A stretch of 64,000 nt of DNA, from assembly GCA_951406725.2 (NCBI GenBank), contig OX597818.1, forward strand, positions 39,432,001 through 39,496,000, in the 5' to 3' direction. Under the pieces are notes generated by a model, which was not told where the DNA came from, did not search any database, and saw only the letters and a program-made list of their open reading frames with translations. The stretch's first letter is position 1, and each line of letters begins with the position of its first letter. Position numbers and translations under genes: made by a program. The stretch comes from Octopus vulgaris. Lineage: Eukaryota. Positions 12,357 to 25,121 of the stretch are shown here, piece after piece.

Positions 12357-15300
12357 CTAGTGTGAGAGAAACCAAAAAAAGACACAAATTAGGAACTAGT
12401 AGTGAATGAAAGTACCGATCCAGATCCCTGAAAACTCATCTCAACTGTCAGATGCAAAATGAATTTCTCCAAAGCACTGAAAGAAAAACAAATAATTAGT
12501 GTTTGTATAATTGTAGGCCTGAAACACACATGCACAAATATATGTGTGTATAAAAGATATTACTACCTATTATTAAATTTTTGATTATAACATTTCAATA
12601 ATTTTTTATACAAATTCCTTCAGTAAAAAAATTAATGTTTTTTTTTCCTGCTTCTACGCAGCTTACTTCATGATGATGATGATGATGAAGCTGCGTAGAA
12701 GAAAAAAAAATTTAAATAGAAGTAACTTTAGCATAAAAGTAATATATATTTGGAGTCAATTACTAGTTAACAATTTCATCAAGTTTTACTTAACCATTAT
12801 TTCAAGTTGTGAATGTGAAATTACAAAGAATATCTTTACAAATCAAAATTTTTGTAAATAGGTGGTAGGATCTTTTATTCAGCCTTCATTATTCCCTGGA
12901 ATAAAACCATTTGTTAAACAACTTACATTACATTGTATGAATTCTTGCACTGTTTACTACAGTGAAACAAAATCTTCCAAATGAAAATATATAAAGTTTA
13001 TAAACTCGATATGCATAGTTGTTAATATCAACCAAAAATTTCAAAGGACTGCCATTAACTCGTAGAAGTTAACTGTAATCCTATGAATAGATCAATATGA
13101 ACGTAAAACCAAAATTGGCAATAATCAATTTCGTACATTACTACTTAACACTTTCACATATGACAGTGTCCAAAATTTTTCACCGTCCTAAATTACCAAC
13201 CTGTTTGATACTGCACGTAAATACTTATTCATATTAACATAAAAATTGTTATTATACTAATTTAACTAGATAGACACTTGCTGTGCAACACCATTACTGT
13301 ATGTTCACTTTCTAAGATGTCATGATTTGGATGGATTGTCACGATCAGGGTCAAGCATAGGTGATGGGAACTGCCTAGCTAGCACTAATAGGTGGACAAA
13401 AGAGGATACACAGCAATAACCATAGAGAGCATTGGCAATGTGTGTGTGTATGTCTGTACAAATACACACACATACATACATTCAGATATATGTACTCGTG
13501 AAACATATACATATATAGTGACAACAGTCTCAGATTAGGATTGTCTTAAACAGTAGCTGTAAAGGGAATGAATCAAGTTTATTTTTAAAGAGGCAGTGGT
13601 AAGGATGGAAAGCCTGTCACAGATAGAAACATAAAAATTCTGAATTTTTTTTTAATATTTCTTCTGACATTGTTATCTATTCAAAAACTTTTTTCCATAT
13701 TTGAAACAATAAGATACCAGCTTCACATTCAGAAGTAACAACAAATTTAAAGGATATTCAAATGAAAAACATGTTGGAAAAAAGGAATGAAATATTTCTA
13801 TTTCCAATAATGATAGCAGTTATGGCAGCAAAACTGAATTTATTCTGGAAACACAATGGAGTTAAAAATGTTTAAATAGGCTGCGTGGTTAGGAAGCTTG
13901 TTTCTCAATGACATGGTTTGGGATTCAGTCCCACTACATGGTACCTTGGGCAAGTGTCTTCTACTATAGCCTCAGGTCAACTGAAGCCTTGTTGAGAGAA
14001 TTTGGTAGGCAGAAGTTTCCATCATATGTATGCATGTGTGTGAAAGTGCTTGTGCCTCCTATAACAGATAGGATAGAATTTCTCTTTGAAACTTCTTGGA
14101 AGAAACCTATAGGTAAAATCTAAACAGACTTTTAAATATCTTTAATATCTGAACCAAATTCAGTATTTTTGCAGTAAATATAACAATGAGAATAAAGAAG
14201 CTATCCAGGATTATCAACAACAGAAACCATCAGTGAGCCTTTGTATCTCCAGTATCAAAACCAGAATGTAATTTTTAAAAGTTTTGTTGATATTTACATA
14301 TACAAGATATCAGTGTAACAGTACATGAGGGAGAATATGATCCCTTATATAAAACAAGACCCCGCTTGGGCACTGCACAGAAGACATTTAAATTCTACTA
14401 CCAACCAGGAAAAAGACTGTCCTCTAATAAAGGAATGGTGGGATACAAAACTCATATTTCCTGCAATATAGAGCATATCCTATTTTTGTTACGCGATTCA
14501 TAAGGGGTAAGAGACAGGCTTGGAAAACCTAGAAGGAACATGGTAGCAAGAAGCATTACCAAATGGCTAAAAGGACAGCTAGGTGACAAGTATACTTGGT
14601 TAAAGGTGAGGCAGAAAGGAAGAGAATTGCAAATATCATGCAATATGAGGATCAGAGTTCACAGAAAAGGGAGAGCCAAGAAGAATCCAGGAAGACAGAG
14701 AATGAAGACAAAGGTCTGGGACGAGTGTTGATATGCAGGTCTCAAGAAGACCCACCCAAGTCTGCAAAACTAAGTTCTGAAGGCATATGGCTTAGTGGTT
14801 AGAGTGTTTGTCTCATGATCATAAAGGTAGTGAGTTTGATTCCTGGCAGTGCATTGTGTCCTTGAGCCAGACACATTATTTCACATTGCTCCAGTCCATC
14901 CAGCTAGCAAAAATTTAATTGTACCTGTAATTCAAATGGCCAGCCTTGTTACACTGAATCTCTGTGAGAAGTGTGTTAAGGGTTTGCATGTCCAAGGAGA
15001 GATCGGCCACTTGCACATTAATTTCAGCCTGTTCCATTGATTGGATCAACTGGAACTCTCATCACCATAGCAGAGTGCCAGTTTATGCACAACTGGGCCC
15101 TTTGCCCAACATCTTCCTCAAGATACCCTCACAGCCCATCATCTCTCTAACCATTTCATTTGATATCCATTCTTCATCCTTAAACTATTATCTCTACCCA
15201 CATTTTACACCGATTATCCCTCTGAGCCAACAAATTATTTCTATTTCTCCACCACCATACAGCTCTCACTCTACAAACACACATGTTGGATCCTGTCAAA

Positions 15301-15566
15301 CAGTCCAGCTCATGCCAGCATGATTATTTTATTATCATCAACATTAAATAATGATGATTACTATTATCATTATTATTCAAATGCATAAAACAATATTTGA
15401 AATTATCATCAGCGATATTTTCATTTGGAATATATTGCAACAATTTTTTTTTTTTTACAGCAGTATCAGTTGAAGAATTCAATGTGGAAGTAATGTAAAA
15501 AAGAAACATTTGAAAATTGTAACCAAAAAAATTGTTACATATCCTACAGTGGCTCTCAATACATAC

Positions 15567-15669
15567 CCAATCCATAGTTTGTCAGAATTAGCTCTGGTGG
15601 AGTCTCAGAATCTAAATCTGCAGAAGCAATTCCTAAAGGATCCAATTTAGCTACATTATGGCCACGAAT
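15567..15669 (-). CDS. OGDH: OGDH mutually exclusive exon 3A (SADLD form)
   Basis: ttttcaaacag|ATTCGTGGCCAT...GGATTGG|gtatgt. 103 nt, phase 0-1. [34 protein letters not shown]. Below the ORF-track threshold, read by hand. Confidence 0.93.
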
Positions 15670-15919
15670 CTGTTTGAAAAGGAAAGATAAAACGAACAGA
15701 CATACAGTTTTATCTACAGAATATGGTGTAAGGAACCAAGTATTTAGCTCTCCTCCTTTTAATAGATAACAAAGTAAAAACTATGGGTTTTTTTGTTTAT
15801 TTTAAATAAACACAGTGTGTGTGTGTGTGTGTGTGTGTGTGTACATATATGCATATTTGTAAGAACAATCATAATATACATATCAAGAGTAAGTTTGACA
15901 AAATATTCCATATAATGTA

Positions 15920-17117
15920 TTGGGTCATCCCATAAATAATGCGTTATTTCCAACTGCATGAACTGAAAGTTGGAGGGGGGGACAGGATAAACTACCTGCA
16001 TCAACTTGCTATAAAAACAGGTAGTAATTTTACCTAGTCCTTATTCTTAGTGCAAGTTTTGAAGAGTGCAGTTCGATTTTGACAGTTAATTTTTCAAAGC
16101 TATAATGGAAGTGACAAAGGAGTATATTTGGCATATTTTGCTTTACAAGCTCAATGAAGGCAACAACGCAACGGAAAGTGCAGGGAAACTCTGGGCCGGA
16201 AACTACAGCCTAGATGATGAGGCTTGTCCTGGAAAATCTGTAGGGCTTGATGAGGGCATCCTACAAACCCTGGTGGAACAAAATCCCACTGTAACTATTG
16301 AGGAACCAGCAGAGAAGCTTGGATTTGGTTATTCAACCATTCACCTGCATGTCATGAAAAAAGTCAGCAAACTGGGTCAATGGGTTTCTCACAAACTTTG
16401 CAAGAGAGAATGTGTGCTCTTCTTTGCTGTCACAATTCACGAACAAACCTTTTTTGGATCAAATAGTGACTGGTGATGAGAAATGGGTTCTCTATAAAAA
16501 TGTCAATCGCCAAAGACAGTGAGTAGGGAAAGGAGAAACACAAGCACCCCAGGTTAAAGAAGGTCTTCACCCATGTAAGGTGTTGTTATCTGTTTGGTAG
16601 GATATGAAAGGTTTAGACCACTTTGAACTTTTAAACCCAAAACAAATGATAACAAAGGAGATCTACTGCAAACAGCTTGAGCGGCTTAAGTCAGCACCAG
16701 AAGAAAAACGACCATCTTTGGTTTCAACACAAAAGGTGTTCTTCCATCAGGATAATGCTCAGTGATATAGTGAGGATGACATTCCAAAGGCTGGAGCAGT
16801 TTGAATGGGAAATAATGCCCCACCCACTACATTCACCAGACATTGCCCCATCTGATTATCATTTATTCTGCAGTCTTCAAAATCATTTGGATGGTAGAAT
16901 TATGAATTCTGTAGACGAGGTCAGAACAGTACTGGAAGAGAATTTTTCCTCACGGACAAGTTAATTCTGGAAGAGGGGCCCCACAAGTCTATCAGATAGA
17001 TGGAAGAGCATTGTAGAGTATGAAGGGGAGTATATTTTAGATTAAAAAAGACCTTTTTTTATCATAATTTTGAAAAATAAAAGTATAAAAAATCACATAA
17101 TTTATGGGATGACCCAA
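15920..17117 (+). mobile_element. Mariner (DD34D-type) transposon with both ends, transposase disrupted
   Basis: TIRs TTGGGTCATCCCATAAA (15920) and TTTATGGGATGACCCAA (17101-17117), TA at both flanks. Peptide remnants WVSHKL, IVTGDEKWVLY, FHQDNA, HSPDIAPSDYHLF with stops and frameshifts. Confidence 0.95.
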
Positions 17118-19954
17118 TATTTAGTTTTTAAGAGTTATGCAAGTTAATAAGGAGGGAGATACATTTGATGACAAAAATAAATAATCTGAATTATTGTAAG
17201 AATATCACTAAATAGAATATAAAGACATTGGGAAAATCTCAACCAATCCAAGCAAATAGCTTATGTTTTTTTATGAGGTAGAAATCTTGCAGAAGTACAG
17301 ATAATAGATAAACATTTAGGTTGTGAAAAATAGGATGTCATTTCAGTATTGTATTGGTTTCAGAGACCTCAAGTATGATGTAGGTCAGAGTAAGAACTAC
17401 ACAGTAAAAATTGTACTACAAAAAAAAAAAAAGTACCTCTCTTAAATTATTTAGCACACCAATATTGGTCACAGTATTTCTTAAAAACTTTAAAATATTA
17501 AGGCAGATTTAGCTTTATAGCTTCATCAACTACTAAATGACATTTAAAATTTTCTATTCAATAAGTGCATTAATGAATCTTTGCCACCTTTTACACTAAA
17601 TGCAACAAAAAATAAAGATATCAATATTGTTAATGCTTAGAACAAAATATGTTTTAGCATTTGAAAATTTGTATTTTAAAAAACAAACACTAAATCTAAA
17701 GACTGAATAAGACTATCTTACTCAAATTTAATGAGTTCTTCTATGAATAGTTTGTCCACTGTATATTGCATGTATGAAATTCAACGAATATCAAATTTCA
17801 GTAAATAACATTTAAATGCAATAAAGGAAGCAGTCCTCTTTTATGCAGCATTTCATCAGTGTCTACGATAATTTGAAACTTTAAAACTGAGTGAAAGCTT
17901 CACCTTAACATCACTTAAGCTTAATGAAATAAACATATCAGATCAGTAATGACAACTGTTCCACAAACAAGTTTCAATTTATTGCAAAACTGAAAAATAT
18001 TGTCGCTTGATCACAATGAGCAATTTTGTCACTAGAAGCTAAAACTATCACTAAATAGCAAATAGTGACTCATCCAAATAATAACACTACACACACAGAG
18101 CAAATATAGGGTTTCATCATGCTAAACAACTCCTCAAAAGTGAAACACATCAATATACTGATACACAGTCTACCACCATTGGCATGGTATCTCCCTCTTT
18201 ACAAAGATGAGGTCCTACATTAAATACTGTATATCCTGATGAGATTGTGCATGTATTTGATAAGTTCCCTCACACAAGGACAATCAAATATGCTTGACAA
18301 ACACTGTAGCTGAAAAACTGGGAAAATAAAACTTTCATGGAAAATTCAAAAATAACATGCAAGTTTGACTTTCAGAGGAAAAAGTCCTACATACTGGTAA
18401 AGGTTAAGAGTTAAGAAATGCTATAGACAACAAACAAACAAACAAAATATATCAATCCAGCCACTGATTAAATTTTTCTGGTTCTTCATAGATTCTGAAA
18501 CAAAAACAAATGAATATTGGGAATATTTCTGTAGTATATACTAACAAAACTAAATATCTAGTGAATTATTTTAATTAGTCGGTCTTAAAGGAGCCCTCAC
18601 AGACTCTCTGGGACCAGCAAGAGTAACCTAGTAGCTGCTCATCTTGAGCAGCTAAAAGTTGATGGCTACTGGGAAAATTCAAAGGACTAATGTGCTGGAG
18701 ACATAGGACTGGGAGAAATAGTGGTTAACGTAAGGCTTGAAAGGAAGGGGAAAGAGGGGGGGGGGGCAAAAAGAATAGGGAGACAAGTGAGTTGGAAAGG
18801 CCTGAATACAACCAGCTCCAAGGGGTAGGAGTCACAGTGGTAGCTACAGAAAAGGCAGGGTGGGGAAACAGCAGATCTGTGGCCCATAGATATTCAACTA
18901 TAAAACTAAATTTCAACTTCCAGTTGTTTTAGGCTGCATCAAATTATGCAAGAAAATCAGAAGCAATCCTCATTCATAAAACTTAGATTTACTTTGGAAT
19001 TTCTTTTTCGTCATAAATGAATTTCATATGTTCTAAGTGACAATAAAATATAAAAAAAAAAACTTAACACTGCTGATAGTTAGTTTTCTAAAATTTCAAT
19101 GCTTCACATTAATCTCCTTCATAACCAAGATATATACTGAGTAAATCCCACATATTTATATATATAGCACTTGACACAGAATGGTAACCGAACTTTTTGA
19201 AATGCAATGCTTTGAAAGAAAAAAGATGAGCATAGCAATTCAAAAGCTCATTCCATTTGTATATGTTGAGAATAAAGCAAAGTTATGGATCCTACTCAAT
19301 AAAAATGAAATAATCAAAAACTAGATATACACAACTGAAATGTAGTCAAATCTAGACTCCTCTTATATAAATTATAGGTTAACAAGTCACAATTTTTCAT
19401 ATTTCAAATAAACAGGCTAATAATCTTATAGAGGACTTGACTCAGATTGTTCTTGAGATATCTAAAAGTACTTCAGCAAAAAGTGTTATATGAGAGCTGT
19501 CTCTTATATCATCTTTACAACCTATAAAACTTGTTTTGGTTATGAACAGTTTCATTTATGTACATGATGGATTTTCAAAGTTCAGATATCATTCTGCTGA
19601 TAAACATTGTTTTACGCTTAAATTCATGTATTTATTATAATTAGAGCAACAGACAAACTGCTTTGCAGTATATACTTCAAATCCTTCTGGGTTGACTTTG
19701 CCTTTCATCCTTCCATGGCCAATAAAATAAACAACACTCACGTACTAGAATCAAAATAATTGTCATCTCGAGAACTAATAGAAAATTATAAGTAACAGCT
19801 TTATATATTACCATAAAATATTAGTTTGAGAATAAACTTTTGACCACTTGTCCTGAAATATAGTCCTGGTGTCCTAAAATATAAGTTATAATGATACATG
19901 ATTGCACTGCTCTACAAAAGATTAAAAAAGAAAAGAAAAAATTTATGTTCATAA

Positions 19955-20220
19955 AACCAAAAGATGCTCAATACTTTAAAAGTTTGTGTGCTAATATGAA
20001 CATCAAGGTACACTTTCTCCATAGCTGCTTAGATTTCCATACAATTTTGAGGATTTGATTGTGAAACATGGGAAGAAGTTCTATAAGGATATAAAGTTGA
20101 AAGAGGAAAGGTACCGAGGCAGACTAGATAGATACAATGTGATAGACTCTCTACTGAAACCTCCAAAATAAATATCCTAATTGCCCATACAAAAAGAAAT
20201 CATACAAACTGAGTTTCTCT
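19955..20220 (+). mobile_element. Degenerate DNA-transposase C-terminal remnant (Chapaev3-like)
   Basis: Reads ANMNIKVHFLHSCLD...KHGKKFYKDIKLKEERYRGRLD, resembling MSxKxHFLHSHLD...EHGERFHQDI...RYQG. Family assignment from memory. Confidence 0.55.
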
Positions 20221-20599
20221 AGACATTTTGATTGGTTGTATAAAGTTACTATGTTCTTTTCTTATTGTTCTAAACACATTCGTTGCGTGTATTTCATTAG
20301 CTGTTTTGTAGGATTTGGGAAAACAAAAAAAAATACATATGCATATAAAATCACAGAACAAATCTAGCAAAATGGATGTCCCAATTGCAATTAGTGCCCC
20401 AAATTCACTAAAACTTCATTCACATAAATAATATTGAGCAGAATTATAATCAAGCAATATTTTGTTTCAATATAAACACTTGCCTATATAAAAACAAGCT
20501 TTAAACTGTGATTGAACTTATTCAGGATTTTTATCAAATACTTGTGTAAATTATCTTATTTCACATTTGTTTCAAATTAACTAAGTTTCACTTGCATCA

Positions 20600-21930
20600 T
20601 TCTCTACCACATATGATGTAGAAAAGGCATAGGTAGAAGCTCCATGAAATGTACCCGATATAAGCTATGGACACATAAGAGGTGCAGCAATATTAAAAGA
20701 AAGGTTAACTGGGGAGATAGTTTTTGTGTGTGGTAGATGCACAGGTGCAATAAACATGGAAGATGTACAGGAAATAGATTCCATTACATGTCAGGGGTAA
20801 AAACTAGAAGTAGTTGATGGCTTCCATTACCTAGGTGACCAAGTGAGTAGTAGGGGAGGATGCTCTGAGAGCATAAGCGCCAGAATAAGAATAGCCTGGG
20901 CAAAGTTCAGAGAGCTCCTACCTCTGCTGGTGAAAAAGGGCTTCTTACTCAGAGTGAAAGGTAAACTGTATGATACTTGTGTGCAAACAGTCATGCTACA
21001 TGGTAGTGAAACATGGGCTGTGACTGCTGAGGATATGCGTAGGCTTGAAAGAAATGAAGCTAGTATGCTCTGCTGGATGTGTAATGTCAGAGTGCACACA
21101 CGACAGAGTGTAAGTGCCCTGAAAGAAAAGTTAGACATAAGAAGCATCAGATGTGGTGTGCAAGAGAGACGACTGCACTGGTGTGGTCATGTGTTGTGTA
21201 CAGATGAGGACAGCTGCGTGAAGAAGTATCACACCCTAACAGTGGAGGGAACCTGTGGAAGAAGTAGACCCAGGAAGACCTGGGATGAGGTGGTGAAGCA
21301 CAACCTTCAAACAGGCCAAACAGAGGCAATGACAAGCAACCAAGATCTTTGGAGATATGTTGTGCTTGAGAAGACCTGGCAAACCAAGTGAGATAGTAGC
21401 TGTGGCCAATGCTAGTGCTGCATAACTGGACCATTTGAAAGTACCCTTCAATCATTAGGCAATATGCTGCACTTGTGAAGATGTGTTGAACCAAGTGAAA
21501 CCGTTGTTGTGGCTGATGTCAGTGCCATCTGACTAGCACCTGTGCCAGTGGCACATGAAAAGTACCATTCAAGCGTAGCCAATGCCAGTGCCACCTGACT
21601 GGCAATGTTCAAGTGTGACCGATGCCAGTGTTGCCTGACTGGCACATGAAAAGCAGCATTCAGGTGTGACTGATGCTAGTGTCACCTGGATTGCACATAA
21701 AAAGCACCATTCAAGTGTGGCTGATGCCAGTGCCACCTGATTTGGTTCCCATTCCAGTGGCACATAAGCACCCACTACAATTGCAGAGTGGTTGTCATTT
21801 GGAAGGGCATCCAGCAGTAGAAACCTTACCAAATCAGATTGAGCCTGATGCTGCTTCCCAGTCTTCAGTTAAACCATCCAACCCATGTCAGTATGGAAAG
21901 CGGATGTTAAGCAATGACAATGATGATGAT
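20600..21930 (+). mobile_element. RTE-clade LINE 3' portion
   Basis: FHYLGD...ARIRIAWAKFRELLPLL...KGKLYDTCV..VMLHGSETW...RRLHWCGHV...GRSRPRKTW. 3'UTR has internal repeats and a (GAT)n tail. Confidence 0.92.
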
Positions 21931-24900
21931 AAAGTAAGGATATTAAATTTATTGTGAACAGTTCCAAAGGATGTCAGTGAAATATTTTTTCTTCTAGAGA
22001 AGCTGTATGACACAACTAAAATTTTCTGGTACATTAGGTATGCAGATATGCCTGGTATGTCATTTTTAGTCAAACTTCATTGTTTCACTGACATTCTAAA
22101 TATGACCTTTAATATCAATATGCCATACTAACATTTAGAATATCCCTTTTTAAATAAGAAGGCTTCTTAATAAGACAACTTTCTTTCACATATGATCTAG
22201 AATGCTAATAACCAAATTTAAAAACACAACTGTAATGTGTATTTTGAATTATTGTAATCAACAGCTATTCCAAGTAAAAATATTAGAAGACTTGGACAAT
22301 AAACTCAAGTGAAGTAAAAGTTTTTATTAAAGATAATATAAGTGGTTACAGATAATCCCTTCCCATTATTTTCTTCAATTTCCATATGGACATCATTAAA
22401 TGAAATTAATGAGTTGGAATGATTTGCAAGTGAAATTAGAACCTATTGCTTAATATGAAAAACTATAATGAGAAATAAGTGAATAGCAGTTGAGATCAAA
22501 TAGCAATTTTAATCAGCATTATCATAAGTGTTAAAATATAATCATTTTATAAGGGAAAGTTTCTTTCTAGATACTATTCGTGGTTGATCCTAAATTTCTT
22601 TAAGTTATATTTAAAACATATTCAAAATACCTCAGCGAAAAAAACCTAACTTAGTACTTACAGTGTACTAATTTCACTTACTCTGACAGAGCTAGAAAAA
22701 CCTTTTATCAGGCTTCCATATCTTGTGAAATAGGTGGTTATCAGTGGTATACAGTGAATATTGGGTATATTGTTATTTGTAATAATGGTTACTGGTTTGA
22801 AAATTATCTTACACTAAAATAAACAAGCAATACCTTCTAAGATGTTTAAGTGTTGTTTTATTCATGAACTTCAAGTGATATCTCTTTCTCAATACTTATT
22901 TTACTAGGTACAAACTGAATAAACCCAGATTATATATAAAATATAAAAATATATATTAAAATATATTCTATGCTAACACAAAGTTATATGACTTTCCAAC
23001 CACTTACCTTTGTTTTGGTACACATATTACAAGCATTTGTAATATATTGTGAATGCATAATTTATATTAAATATACACCCAAAGTAATAATAACAAAAAT
23101 GTAATGAGCTAATAAACATAAAAATTGAGCTTTAATTGTCAATGTTTTACTTTTTAGTGCTTGTATTTTTTGCCAAGTTGGTGTATGTTAGATGAGTCTG
23201 CAAATTTACAAGTGCATATGAAGCATACACTTCAAGCTAAATATTCTTCCTAACACAAACTATAATATCAGATTAAATAATGATTAATGGTGATTAACTA
23301 CTTGGGTTCAGAACAACAGTTATACTGCAATCAAATTTATAACGTTCTCATGAACAATTATGCAATAAAATAAGAAAGGTTATGTTTAAAATTAAACTTA
23401 ATCTAGAATAACAAATAATCAAACAAGAAAGCTAAAAGATTATTTAAGTCAGTATTTACTAATTCAAAATTGTAAACAATTATAATAGCCTAAGCTAAAT
23501 TGTTGACAAATTACCATCTCGGTGTATAACACATGAGTCAAAGCTTAATTATTTTTTAAAAATATTGTATAAAAATGTTAATACAATATTAAAATGAACT
23601 ACATTGGAGTACTATTTTTGATTGATTTCTTCTCTATTTAAGGAACTGGTTTTTCACTTTGTCATTGTCTTTTCTTTCAATCATGATAAACATTTTTTTT
23701 TTATTGCTATATCTAAGTAGAGAAATGGCACTTTACAGGTCTGAGGTGATTGCAACTGATACACTGAATATGAAGTTGAAAAGTTTTCTGTACATTTATT
23801 CAAGGAACAATCAGAAAGGAATTCTCCATGACCACTCTCCTTGAAATTAGACATGTAATGCTTTAGAATTTAGACATTGAAACATTATATTTAATGAAAA
23901 GCAGTCAAGTACAATATGTAAATACACATTGAGTTGAAGTGCAGTCAGTAAGTATTGAAGATCAGAATCAGGACACAGAATGACACCAAACTAGGAATTT
24001 AAAGTTAAAGAGCTATTTCGGCTTCAGTGGGGAAAATGGTTGTACCGCAACAGGCTAGTTATAAAATAAATTTAAATAACAGTTGAATCATGCAAGGAAA
24101 ATTAAGTATTAGTTAAAATTTTAACTATCACTAATTGAAAAATCTATTTAAAAATAATAGAGGAATACACATAGAAAGAAATACGAAAATTACTGCTAAA
24201 AAGAAATAGTAAATTGAATAAATTTAATAGTTGAGAAATATAGCCAATATTCATTTAAAGTTGAGTATAAGTATTTCATAGTTGACTACAGTATTTGTTC
24301 CTTATTTTTAATACTCATAAAATTCAACAATTTTGAATTCCAGAAACAAAAAAGATATTAATAGATAAAAAAATATATTCCACAAATGAAAATCAAATTC
24401 ATATACATTTGCAGCCACTTCCAGATGTTACAAAATCACATTAAATGCAGGGTTAAGTATCAAATTGATCTACGAGTTATAATTCAATGAATACACACAT
24501 GCCTCTAAAATCATAACCAAACCAGCTTAAACACTATAGTAAGCATATAAATCAGAGCATAACCAAAGCTCTTAAATAACAGCAGATATAATGCAGGATA
24601 GCAATCTTTTCATCATCATTTAATGTTTGTTGTCCATGCTGGCATGGGTTGGATGGTTTGATCAGGACTAGTAAACTGAGGGGCTGCACCAGACTCCAGT
24701 CTCATTTGGCATGATTTTCTACGGCTAGATGCCCTTCCTAGTACCAACCACTCTGAGAATGTAATGGGTGCTTTTATATGCCACCGATACAGGTGCCAGT
24801 TGCATGACACCAGTATCTGCTATGATTTCACTTGGCTTGATTGGCCTTCTACTCAAGCATAACATTTGTCACTGCCTCCATGAGGCCTTATGCTCAAAAG

Positions 24901-24972
24901 GTGCTTTTTATGTGACACCAGCATCAGCCACATTCCCTCCGTGAGGTACAATCTCATTTAATAAATGAAACA

Positions 24973-25006
<34 letters not shown>

Positions 25007-25054
25007 GTTAATTAATGAATCATAAGGGAACATAAATCATGTAATCAACTCCAT

Positions 25055-25121
25055 TAGCTTACAGCTGTTTCAGCTATAAGAAGCAATATTTGTGCAACAT
25101 CCTTAAGCTTCCTCAGAGCCA
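25055..25121 (-). ncRNA. Minimal type I hammerhead ribozyme motif (Penelope-type)
   Basis: Minus strand: UGGCU CUGAGGA AGCU-uaagg...ucuua-u-AGCU GAAAC AGCU GUA AGCUA. Complete catalytic core, stems I and II, palindromic stem III loop. Confidence 0.7.
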
